From assembly GCA_951406725.2 (NCBI GenBank), contig OX597825.1, positions 70,246,001-70,310,000 of the forward strand: a stretch of 64,000 nt of DNA. Direction: 5' to 3'. Below, piece by piece: positions 46,317 through 59,800 of the stretch; position 1 is the first letter of the stretch; the number at the start of each line of letters is the position of its first letter. This DNA comes from Octopus vulgaris (taxonomy: Eukaryota). Below the pieces are notes generated by a model. The model was given only the letters and a program-made list of their open reading frames with translations, did not search any database and was not told the DNA's origin. A program made the translations under genes and the position numbers.

Positions 46317-47250
46317 CTTCTTTCTTCAAATTTTCTTCCGTTTCTCGCCGAGTGTTTTCCGTACACCTAGGATAGAGAAGCTCATTGTATGCATTCCCAG
46401 ATTACACGCGCAAATTCACAGGTAAAAATATGTATTTAAAAAGAATTAATAAATAAATAAATTCATGAATGTTATTATTATTATTTATGGGTTTTTCTTC
46501 TTCTTTCAAGTTTGCTTCCATTTCTTGCCGGGTGTCTTGCCGGGTGTCTTGCCGGGTGTCTTGCCGGGTGTCTTGCCGGGTGTCTTGCCGGGTGTCTTCC
46601 CGACTCCTAGGGCAAAGAAACTCATAGTATACATTGATAGGCTATTAAACTAAACTCACTAGTTCGTTCATTTTTTTTTATAGAAATAAAGTTAAATTAA
46701 AATACATGGGTAGTAATAGTTCTCACATCGACAATGCTCTTCTCAATACGTTCTCACATCGACAGAGTTCTCACATCGACAATTATTATTATTGTTATTA
46801 TCATTATTATTATTGTTTTATAACTGTTCAATATTTGGTAGATTGAGGCAAATTTCTACATCACCTGCTACACCACCGTGTTGCTGGGGTGTGTGCGGCA
46901 TTGTGTTGTTGTTTTTTCTGTTGTTGGGAGTGTATAGACTCTTCCCGGTAATGAATTGTGCTGGATTTTTTCCCCTTTTGGCATGCAGTCTTTTGTTGTG
47001 TTATTGTTTGTATTGTGTGTTGAGTGTATAATGATTTGGTTTTCTAGCTTGCTTGTGGAAGTTTATTTCACTGGGTAAATGCTGTATCATATCAGATTGA
47101 AAATGGGAAGTATGGCTTCCCTGTGCAAATACTGATAGGGCACAGAAAGTGTGTCAATAGCCAGCTGCAGGAGGTGTCCTCCTGGGGCTACAAGCTACAG
47201 TAGCATCCACCCTTAAGGATTAACCACATTTAAGTGGCAAATATACTTCA
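46315..47250 (-). mobile_element. Fragments of (ATT)n-associated elements (two similar ends at 46315-46440 and 46495-46640; family D block at ~46830-47250); possibly R4/Dong-like LINE remnants
   Basis: Each piece abuts (ATT)n. The two ends are homologous. The second has a 12-bp tcttgccgggtg tandem array. Class is inferred from target preference only. Confidence 0.35.
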
Positions 47251-47880
47251 TTATTATTGTTATTATTATTATTATTATTATCATTATTATTATTATTATT
47301 TTCATTATTGTTGTTGTTGTTGTTGTTGTTATGATAGCAAAATGTGAAGAAACAGTGAATGTGCTTAAAAACTAGACGATGTCGTGGAGTACATAGGAAT
47401 AAATTAAGTAGATTATATTACGTAATATTAACAACTTGAAATTGAACACTCAAAAGTTCTTTAAAATCTAAAGAAAAAAACTATTACAAACCAAACATTT
47501 ATAAAACAAAAATGCACAGGCATGGTTATGTAGTAAGAAACTTGCTTCCGAACCACAAGGTTCTGGGTTCAGTCTCATTGCGTGGCACCTTGGGCAAATG
47601 TCTTCTGCTATAGCCCCCGGCCGATCAAAGTAACTCATAGTATTTTCCCGTTTCTTCTTTAATTCAATTTTTAGTCCATTATGTTATGTTGTTCGTGCCA
47701 GATGATTATGTCAGGTATTTCTCAACACATTAGTGGCACACAAATCATGTACTGTGTCAGTTAGCTAATATTTATATCTCACTAGATAGAGTACTTTTTT
47801 TATTGATCTTACCATCACGGATATATATGTAGAGAGAGATATATTTAGTAATATTAATATATATATATATATATATATAT

Positions 47881-48064
47881 CGCCATGATAGATCGTTAGC
47901 CACTACACACATTTTTTTCTCTCCTTGTTTTTTCTGAGACCCTTTCTGTAGAAGAGCGTAGGCTCGAAACGTAAAAGACTTGTTCTATTCCTGAGCGTTA
48001 TACTAATACATTTGTTTGTTTTGTACACCACCTGTCATCGTCTTTTGTTTTTTTCGTAAACTTG

Positions 48065-48067
<3 letters not shown>
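47881..48067 (+). mobile_element. Family H1 element, hammerhead-like motif at 47942-47977
   Basis: cttt-CTGTAGA-a-gagc-gtag-gctc-GAAA-cg-TA-aaag; (TA)n on both sides. Confidence 0.72.
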
Positions 48068-48145
<78 letters not shown>

Positions 48146-48456
48146 ATAAACATAGTAATATTATAATTAATAGTGGGGAATATAAAATTCCAAACTTACA
48201 GGGAAAAATTCAATTTAGCAATACTAAATCAAATTTCACAATATATAATATATGTAAATAATTAAGAGATAAAACCTATATTAAGTAATTCAATTAATAG
48301 TGAAAGATATTGTCTAAAATAAATCATATAATGTTTATTTAATTTGGTGATTTTTAGAATAATATTTATTAAAATATATTTAAAATCTTTCTATAAGATT
48401 TATTATAGATAATATCCCTCACTTTTAATTGAATTACTTAATATAAGTTTTATCTC

Positions 48457-48530
<74 letters not shown>

Positions 48531-48532
<2 letters not shown>

Positions 48533-48735
48533 CAAAATACAAAATGGGATAAGAACGCAAAACGGACAACTAGGTGATACAAAAAGGGACAACAAAACAT
48601 CCAGATAGACGATACAAAAAAACAAGCACTGGTCATTCGAAGCCTTTTATCTTCAGTCAAGAACCGGATCATCCTCGCAATTTCGGCTGATTAATCTTGA
48701 GATTGCTCCAATCTGGCCAGCCCCAAGGCAAAATT
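48531..48735 (-). repeat. TA-embedded dispersed element (family H2); second copy at 54650-54992 (+)
   Basis: Shared tctcaagattaatcagccgaaattgcgaggatgatccggttc. Confidence 0.75.
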
Positions 48736-48749
48736 ATATATATATACCT

Positions 48750-48958
48750 TTCTACTGAAGGCACAAAGCCTGAAATTTGATAGGAGAACACAAATGGATT
48801 ACATCGACCCCAGTACTCGACTGGTACTTATTTTATCGATCCGAAAGGATGAAAGGCAAATTCAACCCCGGCAGCATTTGAACTCAGAACGTAAAGACGG
48901 ACGAACTGCCTCAAAGCATTATGCTCAATATGCTGACGATTCTGTCATCTCGCCGCCT
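48750..48958 (-). mobile_element. SINE family B, diverged
   Basis: Family B core blocks. Confidence 0.7.
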
Positions 48959-49066
48959 TTATATATAGAATATAAATGTATGATAATAACAATAATAAGA
49001 TGTGGATGGAAATTCATAAGTTTTACTAATGCGCCACAACATATGTTTCTGCACTCCACACGTTCA

Positions 49067-49581
<515 letters not shown>

Positions 49582-49647
49582 ATATTAGATAACACTTTTT
49601 CATATTCATAAGATATAGCTTAAGATTGTTCTTAATATTTATGAATC

Positions 49648-50016
49648 TGAAAATTTTTCCTCAGCCCCATTTTAATGTAGGTGCTTCTTCGAATGTCACA
49701 TTTTTTATTTCTACAAGCCAGATTTACTGGTCTTAAAGATATTCACTATTTTACACCAATTAAATGGTTCCGTTCGACTGTTGGAAGTTATTTGCGATTA
49801 GTCATATATATATATATATATATATATACGTGTGTGTGTGTGTGTGTGTGATCGCGCCTGAAAATTTTTCCTCAGCTCCATTTCAATGTGGGTGCTTCTT
49901 CGAGTGTCAAATTTTCATTTCTACTAGCCAGATTTATTGGTCTTAAGGATATCCACTATTTTACACCAATTAAATGGTTCCGTTCAACTGTTGGGTGTTT
50001 TCTGCGACTAGTCATA
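49648..50016. repeat. Direct duplication of ~160 bp (49648-49806 and 49858-50016)
   Basis: ctgaaaatttttcctcagc...gcga.tagtcatatat occurs twice. Confidence 0.85.
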
Positions 50017-50928
50017 TATGTGTGTGTATGTGTGTCTTTGTATTTGTGTGTTTGTGTGTGTGTTTGTGCTTGTTTCCCTACCATTATATGGCAATTGGAG
50101 CTGGTTTGCTTACGTCTCTTTACCAAAGCGTTTCTGCCAAACACACCGATAGAATAACTAGAAGACTTTAAATTACTCAAAGACTGGTGTCGATTTGTTC
50201 AACTAGAACCTTTGAAAATTTATACACTTTTTTACTCCGTTCTCGTCGTCCAACCCCACCCCTTCCTACACCACCCCTTCCTACACCACCCCTTCCTACA
50301 CCACCCCTTCCTACCCCACCCGCGTTTATAGGACTCAGTAATAAAAATATAAAAAACGACAATCAGTAAAAGAGTTAACTATGCATCATAACTAAACAAT
50401 AACTCTATAAATGTCTCATTTTCCCATGGAATTATTTGTTCTACAATAAATGTATTCACGCATTGTACGTATTAAACAGGTAAATTTACAATTACACCGT
50501 TGCAATGACAGGTGTGAAAATAATTTAGCTTTTAGAAATCCTGAACGTAAAATTCCATTGTTTGATATTTTAAATTGCAATGTTTATATTGACTAAGAAT
50601 AGGCATGTATGACGTTTACCTGAGTGGGCACATACACACGCATATGCACGCACACATATATACACATACATGCACGCATGTATGCACGTACATACATACA
50701 TACATACATACATACGTACACACACATCCAGGTATGTATATTTTTGCATGTGTGTGTATTACTTGCTCCTGGGTGTAAATGAAGAAAGGTACCTGTTTAG
50801 ATACATGTCCAAGTATGCAAATGTACACGTAATTATGTATGTAACCTGAGTATACATATAGATACAAATGTATACGTGTATACACACCTACACAAATGTA
50901 TTGATAGATTGGTATGCAGATACATATA

Positions 50929-52176
50929 CAGGGGTTGGACAAAATAATGGAAACACCTAGCATCATAGAATCATAATTTTGAAATATCTATAAAACCGTC
51001 AAAAGCTTATTTATTTTTGATTTTTTGATCTATTATTAGTGTGGCTTAATATTTGTTGCTAAAATTGCTGTTTCTTTTCAGATATCATCAGAAAAAGGTA
51101 ATTAAAATTCATTAAAATGAAAGATCAGTCAGACTTTCAAAGAGGTCAAATTGTTGGTGCTCGTATGACAGGCGCTAGTGTAACGGAAACAGCCGAAATG
51201 TTTGGTGTATCAAGTGGTACTGTCTCGAAAGTAATAACAGCCTTTAAGAAAGACGGAAAAACCTCTTCGTTGAAACGAAATTCCAGAAGAAAACAAAAAA
51301 TTTCAGATAGGGACCGTCGGACTCCTACCCGAATTGTTAGAAAGGATCACAAAAGTACAGCTCCTTAAATTACTGCAGGGCCTAATGACCACCTCGAGAA
51401 CCCAATTTCCACAAAAACTGTTTGCCGGGAGCTGCATAAAGCCAGATTTCACGTGAAGGCTGCAATCAGAAAACTACTTTCAAAAACAAACGTTGCAAAA
51501 TGTTTAGTGTGGAGTAAAAACCTACAGAATTGGTACCTAGAGCAGTGGGAAAATGCAATTTTCTCGGACGAGTCAGCCTTAACCTTAATTCCGACCACCG
51601 GCCAAGTATACGTGAGGAGATAGCCAAAAGAAGCATTTGACCCAGACTGCCTTCTTCCAACTGTTAAACATGGAGGTAGATCTGTGATGTTCTGGTGGTG
51701 GTGGGGGAGTCTATGTTTTGGAAATCCGCCGGCTCAATGGTTTCCCTTCATGGCAGAATTAATAGTCAAGACTATTTAAGCATTTTATCTGATCAAATTC
51801 ATCCTATTGATGTTTCCGGAAGGAAACGCAATTCGTCAGGATGATAATGCACCAATTCACACAGCTAAAGTTGTTACTGAGTGGCACGAGGAACATTCTA
51901 GTGAAGTTGAACATCTTATCTGGCCACCACAGTCTCCAGATCTCAATATTATTGAACATTTATGGTGCATTTCAGAAAAACAGGTAGGAGGTCGATATAT
52001 CCTCCCACCATCATCACTACAAGAACTGGAGACTGTTTTAGCTGAAGAATGGGCAAAAATTCCTTCGGAATACCTCGTAGAATTCAAGCTTTAATTACTG
52101 CCAAAGGCAGTCCTACCTTCTTTTAAATAATTTGTTTGAAATTTTAAGGTGCTTCCATTATTTTGTCCAACCCCTG
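50929..52176 (+). mobile_element. Full-length decayed Tc1-like (DD34E) DNA transposon
   Basis: ~30-bp TIRs caggggttggacaaaataatggaaacacct / aggtgcttccattattttgtccaacccctg with TA TSD. Confidence 0.95.
51117..52130 (+). pseudogene. Tc1-family transposase pseudogene
   Basis: N-terminal HTH (SDFQRGQIVGARMTGASVTETA), FSDES, and QDDNAPIH...WPPQSPDLNIIEHLW; broken by stops and frameshifts. Confidence 0.92.
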
Positions 52177-52356
52177 TATATATGTGTGTGTGTTTGTGGA
52201 GAGAGAGAGTGAGAGAAAAAGAGGTGGAAAGCTAGATACAAATCTACGTTTGTATGTATGTATGTATGTATGTATGTATGTATGTATGTATGTATGTATG
52301 TATGTATGTATGTATGTATGTATGTATGTATGTATGTATGTATGTATGTATGTATG

Positions 52357-52400
<44 letters not shown>

Positions 52401-52598
52401 GAGAGAGAGAGAAAGGTGGAAAGCTACATACAAATCCACGTATCTATGTATGTGTATATATATATATAATATAATATATAATATAATGACATGTATATAC
52501 ACACACACAAACACGTATATAACTGTTCACACGCAAACACAAATACAAATACAAATACATATACATATGCATATGCATACATGACATACATAGAATTA

Positions 52599-52673
<75 letters not shown>

Positions 52674-52949
52674 ATATATACACGTATATATATATAATAT
52701 ATATATAAGGAACATGTGCAAGCATACACGGTAAACACGTGCAGTTCTATTTAAGGACGTAATAGATATAATTAACCACGTGCACATTAATTAATTCTTT
52801 TCCATTCAATGAATATGTTAACATTAGCGCCGTAGCTGTATTGTATGCATCATCTGATATTTCAGCATTTTTTAGCGTAAGCCAAAGAAAGAAACAATTA
52901 GCTGTAAATGTGATTAATTTAGATAATTAGTCAGCAATCATCTACAAAG

Positions 52950-53450
52950 TTTCTTCAGCCTATTGGATATAATAGACAAAGAGCCTTAATACGCTTAAAT
53001 AGTTGGCAAAACTCCTTCAAACACTGAAATAATAGACAAAACTCCCTGAGACAGTTAGAGTAGACAAAACTTAGTCAAACACTTAGATATTACGCAAAAC
53101 TCCTTCAAACACTTAAATAATAGACAAAACTCCCTGAGACACTTAGAGTGGACAAAACTTAGTCAAACACTTAGATATTACGCAAAACTCCTTCAAACAC
53201 TTAAATAATAGACAAAACTCCCTGAGACACTTAGAGTGGACAAAACTTAGTCAAACACTTAGATATTACGCAAAACTCCTTCAAACACTTAAATAATAGA
53301 CAAAACTCCCTGAGACAGTTAGAGAAGACAAAACTTAGTCAAACACTTAGATATTACGCAAAACTTCTTCAAACACTTAAATAATGCACAAAATTCCCTC
53401 AAACATTCGAATAGTAAACAAAATTCCCACAAACACTTAAACAATTAATA
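52950..53450. repeat. Minisatellite with an 88-bp higher-order unit made of three 28-30 bp monomers
   Basis: Unit starts at 53008, 53096, 53184, 53272 and 53360. Monomers share aaaact...acactta. Confidence 0.9.
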
Positions 53451-53871
53451 CAGTTTCTTGGAACAATTAAAAAGTTGATCCCTTTGAACACAGAATGTCC
53501 AGAATCTCTTGTAATCCACAACAATTTACGAATATGAACTTCGAATTCCTACGGCCACCAAGTTATTTTTCTGAGCAGCCTCTTTTTCACTGTACCTTGC
53601 ACAATGCATTATTAATAAACTTGCATCATTTATACTCTACGTACAGCAACCTGTATCTTATGTATTTCATTAAATTATCGAAGTAAATTCTAATTAATAT
53701 TTACTTGACTTAGAGACGAGCACGTTTGGTTCTGAAAATTCATTTATCCAGGAATCTTTGGAACAAAGGTTCCTCAAAAGGCATGTTACACTTATTTTAA
53801 AATTACGGTTTAGCCATTGAAGTTATTTATTTGCTTGTTGTTGTTGTTGCTTTTGGGGGGTTTTTTTCTTG

Positions 53872-53906
<35 letters not shown>

Positions 53907-53960
53907 ACAAATAAAAGACAGAAGATGGAATATACGAGAATACATTATTAATCACAACAA

Positions 53961-54360
53961 AGGAGTGGCTGTGTGGTAAGTAGCTTGCTAACCAACCACA
54001 TGGTTCCAGGTTCAGTCCCACTGCGTGGCATCTTGGGCAAGTGGCTTCTGCTATAGCTCCGGGCCGACCAATGCCTTGCGAGTGGATTTGGTAGACAGAA
54101 ACTGAAAGAAGCCTGTCGTATATATGTATATATATATGTGGGGGGGGTGTCTCTGTTTGTCCCCCTAGCATTGCTTGACAACCGATGCTGGTGTGTTTAC
54201 GTCCCCGTCACTTGGCGGTTCGGCAAAAGAGACCGATAGAATAAGTACTGGGCTTACAAAGAATAAGTCCCGGGGTCGATTTGATCGACTAAAGGCGGTG
54301 CTCCAGCATGGCCGCAGTCAAATGACTGAAACAAGTAAAAGAGTAAAGAGTAAAGAGTAA
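53961..54360 (+). mobile_element. SINE family A, full length
   Basis: aggagtggctgtgtgg head to an (aagagta)n tail. Confidence 0.92.
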
Positions 54361-54615
54361 TTGTTTCGACACATCCAGCACTGACTCCTTTTGTGGGACA
54401 CCAAAAACTGGTACAGGAGCATCCGGCGGTGCGGACGTATCTCGTCGGGTGATGAATAAATAAATAAATAATCTCGTTGAAATAGCAGTTCCATAATGCA
54501 ACTCTTCGTTTTGCTAGAGAGAATAAAAAAGCCAGACGGAGGAAAATACTACATATATATAGAAGATCCAAAAATAAAATTTCAGAGAAACGAACACTTA
54601 TTCCAGCGAGAAAAG

Positions 54616-54649
<34 letters not shown>

Positions 54650-54988
54650 TAGTCGTAAGACACCCGCTGTTTTTGTCCTGTTATTACTATTATTGTTTTC
54701 TGTATTTATATTCGTGTGGCATCGTCCATTTTTCTGTCCTTGTTTCGTATACATTCGATCCTTTTTCCAAGAAATCTAATGCTCGTAGCTTAGTTTTTCC
54801 TTGGGGCTGGCCGGATCGGACCGATCTCAAGATTAATCAGCCGAAATTGCGAGGATGATCCGGTTCTTTACTGAAGATTGAAGGCTTCGAATGTCCCGTC
54901 CGTGTTTTTTGTATCGTCTTCTAAATGTTTTACGGTTTTTGTATCGTCTTCTAAATGTTTTACGTTCTTGTCCCAGTTTGTATTTTTC

Positions 54989-54992
<4 letters not shown>
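54650..54992 (+). repeat. TA-embedded element family H2, copy 2
   Basis: Homologous to 48531-48735; (TA)n on both sides. Confidence 0.75.
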
Positions 54993-55038
<46 letters not shown>

Positions 55039-55039
55039 T

Positions 55040-55170
<131 letters not shown>

Positions 55171-55324
55171 GCCAGAATAACGAAGGATGCTCAATTTCCA
55201 TTTAGAAGATAAGCTTCGTATAATAACAATGTTGATAAACGGGGTCAGGATTTCTTTATTTTAGGTGATGTTAGACTTGTGGTTTTATTGAATCTTTTTA
55301 TCATTTTCACTTCTTTTTTTTTAA

Positions 55325-55720
55325 CTTGCTTCAGTCATTGAACTGTGACACTGCTGGGGCACCGCCTTGAAGAGCTTTTAGTCGAACAAATCGCCCCCAG
55401 TACCTATATTCTCTTATGTCTGCAACTTGTTCTATTGACCTCTTTAGCCGAAATGCTAAGTTGCGGAACCATAAACAAACCAGCACGCAGGAGGCGAGGT
55501 GCACAAACGCAGACATATGCGCACGTACACACACACATACACACACACACACACATTTGTATGTGTGCATGTTTGTGATGGACTTCCACAGTTTCCTGAA
55601 ACCAAATTCACTCATAAACTATTAGTCGGCCCAGGGTGGTAGTAGCAGTCACTTACTCAATGTGACGCGAAGTGGAACTGAACCCGAATTATGTAGTTGC
55701 AAAGCAAGCCTCTTATCCAT
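55325..55720 (-). mobile_element. SINE family A, old copy
   Basis: Diverged but collinear with family A. Confidence 0.7.
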
Positions 55721-56648
55721 GAAATTGTTCGTGAGTTTTGGTATTTCTGGTCTTTTTGATGTCTGTATGGCTTTCACGGTTATTGCGGGGATAACGAAGA
55801 TGGCTCGAAATTCTGTTTAGAAGGTAAGACTATCCGTTCCATGTCAACGACGTTTATCCAAGGGAAATGCTGCTGACTTTGACAAAAATATCGTCGCTGG
55901 TGTTGCATCAGAATTCGAAGAACTTCAAGAAATATCACGGGGAACCTCGTCCGATTCTAACAGTTCCTCTAATAAATCGTTTCTATGTTAGAAATGGTTT
56001 TTATCGCCCCCAAAAGAATGAAAGACAAATTTGGCTTCGGCTGGATTTGAACTCAGAGCGCAAAACGTCGGAACAAATACAGCAATGCATTATATACAAC
56101 ATTTTAACGACTCCGCTGGTTCCCCGTCTAAGGGCGGAAGTGCAACGATGTTTCCTCGTAGCTTATACCGTTGACATTTTACTCGTTTAATCATTGGACC
56201 GCGGCCATTCTGGGATACCGCCTTGAAGGGTTTGGTCGAACAAGTCTAATATTTGTTATAAGGGTTTCTTTTGGCATACGGCTAAGTTACGCTTTGGTTG
56301 CAAAGCGGTGGGAAGGACAAAATCGGCCGATAGAATAAGTACCGGACTGCGTTCGATTTGTTCGACTAAACATTTCAAGGTGGTGCTTCAGTATGGCCGC
56401 AATCCAGTGACTGAAATATGTAACAGATAAAAGAATTGATACAAGTACGGGAGACAACTCTGAGTATGTTTTATCGTTATTAGACTTCCACTGCAAAGTA
56501 ATGACTTCAGATTGATAGGCAAACAGAAGGACGGGCGGATGAAAATACATTTAGATGTGCAGACGTATGTGTATGTGTATGTCTTGGGCTGTGTGTTGAG
56601 TGTGTGGGTACACGTGTGTGCATGCAAATATATACATATGTAAATATG

Positions 56649-56693
<45 letters not shown>

Positions 56694-56731
56694 GTGTATG
56701 TATGTATATATATATATATATTTTTACATAC

Positions 56732-56813
<82 letters not shown>

Positions 56814-56946
56814 GTATAAGTAAAGGTGAAAAAACGACAGAAGGCTTAAATGTTAAAAAATATATATATATTTCCGTCAAAATGTCTGAAGAGTATTAGA
56901 AAATTAAAAAAATTTTTTTTTTCCTTTACAGTGACATAATTTTTTA

Positions 56947-56985
56947 AAGAAAGACCGGTTTCGCATTTAGCTTTTCAAATTTCTT
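56947..56985 (-). ncRNA. Minimal hammerhead in the left PLE arm (U3-A8 core variant)
   Basis: aagaaa-t-TTGAAAA-gc-taaat-gc-GAAA-ccgg-TC-tttctt. Confidence 0.55.
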
Positions 56986-57116
56986 GTGACGTTATGTTTA
57001 TGTTGAATGGACTTAACGTTGTGTTAATGCTCCGGAGAGTTCTAAATAAGGGAAGGTAGTGGGTGATTTCTTCCGGTGTAAGGGAGATAATCGCTTAAAA
57101 ATGTTTTTCCTTTCCC

Positions 57117-58046
57117 TTAATGTGAATTTCTCTGTATCAGTATGTTCGGATGGTTGAGTCTGGGCTTGTACTTTTCAATGAAGAATGTTTCCTTGTTTAG
57201 TCTAATTTGTGTTGATGATCCGAAAGCACATTGGTAAAATGGAAAGATTAAAAATTGTGGTAGTAGTTGCTTTGCGCATTTCTCAATGTGCTCACTAAAA
57301 GGTATCATTCTATATTCTGGGAATGCAATCTGTTGTCGATGCAGTGTGCATCTACGTCTGAGTGATAGCCCCGTGGAACCCACGTAGTCCTGGTGGCAGC
57401 CCGAGCATTTTATGACATAAATTATGTTTTCAGAGGCACAAGTAAAGTTAGATTTGATCTTGAATTTCTGTCCCTCTTTAAAGAGGAATTCTGATCCTTC
57501 TAGCAGGTTAGGACATGTTGCACAGTTCGATCTACCACATTTTTTTACTTTTGCATCCGTAATTTCAGAAGACAATTTTGCCTTGTAGCTTGTAATGATT
57601 TGGTGTATGTTTAGAATTTCCTTTAATTTGGGGTTTTTATGAAGTATTGGTAAATTCTGGGTGATGATGGTGAAGGCTTCTTTGTTTCTGGGGTTGTATG
57701 TAGATATGTAAGGTAGTATTTTCGGGGAAGGTGTGTTGTTGTGTTGAACTTTTCTTAAAGTTTCTATGTTGATTTCTGTTGCACGTCTGATCCTATCCTC
57801 TATGAGTTGAGCTGGGTAATGTCTGTCAATTAGGGTGTTTTTGAGTTCTTGCAGTCTAAAGTTCCTGGTATTTTGTTCTGACTCTATTGTGCATATCCTT
57901 CTTGCAAGGTTGAAGGGGATGTTTGTTTTAGTGTGTCTTGGGTGGCATGAATTAAAGAGAAGGTATTGTTTGGCGTCCGTGGCTTTGTAAAAAATGTCTG
58001 TTTCTATTTTAAGGCTAATTTTTTTAATTAGTATATCCACATACAA
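57117..58046 (-). pseudogene. PLE ORF C-terminal part: RT thumb, Cys-rich linker and GIY-YIG endonuclease
   Basis: TDIFYKATDAKQYLLFNSCHP (PLE RT C-terminus), KKCGRSNCATC zinc-finger-like linker (Neptune), and NIIYVIKCSGCHQDYVGSTG..RR...H (GIY-YIG with CCHH). 5'-truncated. Confidence 0.9.
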
Positions 58047-58319
58047 TTAGTATATCCACATACAATTAGTATATCCACATCCCACATACAAGCAGTTCAA
58101 AACAAAAATATTTCCCATACAGAAATTTTACACACACCACAAACAATAACAACCGTAGATTCCCACACACACACACAACGATCGGGGGCAACAATACCAC
58201 CACTCCCCCGACCAAATACCACACAACCTCACAGACAACTCATACAAACAAAATTACACCCAACATTTTTTAGCCAGGGACCAGGGACACCAGGACACAG
58301 GCTGGAACCTAGTAATAAG

Positions 58320-58836
58320 GAAAAACCGAAAATAATCAATCTTTCAACCAAACCTCTTTCTAACATAAAAATTGACATCCTCTCAAAAGGGCTCAAATTT
58401 ACACCAACTCCACGCAGAGCCAACCTAAATGAAATCAAGGATAATATAACAGAATTTTGCAGAAAATTAAGACTAGCAGAAGCATCAACCAGTTTCAATA
58501 CTGAAGATGAATCACTAGTCAAGAACAAAAGTGAACACATCCCACACAGAGGAAGAAATAAAGATCTTGACGAATTCTGTAACCACATTGAGAACTTTCC
58601 TACCATACTATACATAAACAGAAAGCTAACTCAAATTTTAACACTACACAATGGAAAGAACTGATAGAACTTCAAAATGATGAGGATATAACCATTAAGG
58701 AAGCAGACAAGGGAAATGCAGTTGTAATAATGGATACATCATACTACAGAAATCTTGTAATTTCCTTGCTTGATGACAACCTACATTATGAAAAAATTAC
58801 CAACTACACCCCACAAAAAATAATGAAAACTCTATC
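58320..58836 (+). pseudogene. PLE ORF N-terminal fragment
   Basis: IINLSTKPLS...LSKGLKFTPTP and ITIKEADKGNAVVIMD (DKG motif); appears frameshifted; RT core absent. Confidence 0.85.
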
Positions 58837-59137
58837 TTGAGAAATGCGCAAAGCAACTACTACCACAATTTTTAATCTTTCCATTTTACCAATGTGCTTT
58901 CGGATCATCAACACAAATTAGACTAAACAAGGAAACATTCTTCATTGAAAAGTACAAGCCCAGACTCAACCATCCGAACATACTGATACAGAGAAATTCA
59001 CATTAAGGGAAAGGAAAAAAAAATTTAAGCGATTATCTCCCTTACACCGGAAGAAATCACCCACTACCTTCCCTTATTTAGAACTCTCCGGAGCATTAAC
59101 ACAACGTTAAGTCCATTCAACATAAACATAACGTCAC

Positions 59138-59176
59138 AAGAAATTTGAAAAGCTAAATGCGAAACCGGTCTTTCTT
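59138..59176 (+). ncRNA. Minimal hammerhead in the right PLE arm (identical U3-A8 variant)
   Basis: aagaaatttgaaaagctaaatgcgaaaccggtctttctt. Confidence 0.55.
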
Positions 59177-59453
59177 TAAAAATTATGTCACTGTAAGGGA
59201 AAAAAATTTTTTTTTTAATTTTCTAATACTCTTCACACATTTTGACGCAAATATATATATATATTTTAACATTTAAGCCTTCTGTCGTTTTTTTCACTCT
59301 TTACTATTTTTTATATATTCACCCACGTGCTTTCACAAACCAACTTTCTTATCTATATATATATATATTTTTTTTCATACATATATATATGTATATATAT
59401 GTATATATATATTAATATATATATACTTTATTTAAAAGCAGCAGAAATTCAAC

Positions 59454-59500
59454 AAAACCTGTTAATCGGAGTTTCACGTTCCCGTTCGTCGGACAGTTTT
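59454..59500 (-). ncRNA. Degenerate type I hammerhead in a TA-embedded element
   Basis: Minus strand: ctgt-CCGACGA-acg-ggaa-cgt-GAAA-ctccgat-TA-acag. Confidence 0.55.
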
Positions 59501-59738
59501 GTTAAAATAGAACCGATATGACAATTCTATCAAGACTAGTATAAACGTTACACCTTTAAAAATAGACTTGTTTGATTGGTCCTTTCAAATAACGGTCATA
59601 TTCGAGGGATAAACAAAAATGGGCTCAATATAAAATATAAAAAATATATAAATTTATAAAAGTCGAGGAAAAAACCTTACATCGAATCTTTGGTTATATA
59701 TATGTAATTATATATATATGTGTGTATATGTATATATA

Positions 59739-59769
<31 letters not shown>

Positions 59770-59800
59770 ATGTGTATATGTATATATATATATATATATA

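Larger units (their letters stand above)
56808..59312. mobile_element. Rearranged Penelope-like retroelement (Neptune-type) with ~480-bp inverted terminal arms
   Basis: 56808-57286 is the reverse complement of 58837-59312. PLE ORF fragments on both strands; TA-rich flanks. Confidence 0.9.

Noticed and set aside
48640-48730. Hammerhead in family H2 (ggctg...cagcc-GAAA, and a separate CTGAAGA)
   Set aside because: The CUGANGA box is not positioned 5' of the helix that precedes GAAA in either copy.
52950-53450. CRISPR array
   Set aside because: The apparent spacers repeat with an 88-bp period, there are no cas genes, and the context is eukaryotic.
56885-56905. CTGAAGA-gtatta-GAAA on the plus strand of the PLE arm
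   Set aside because: No helix II, and the other arm has GTGAAGA at this position.
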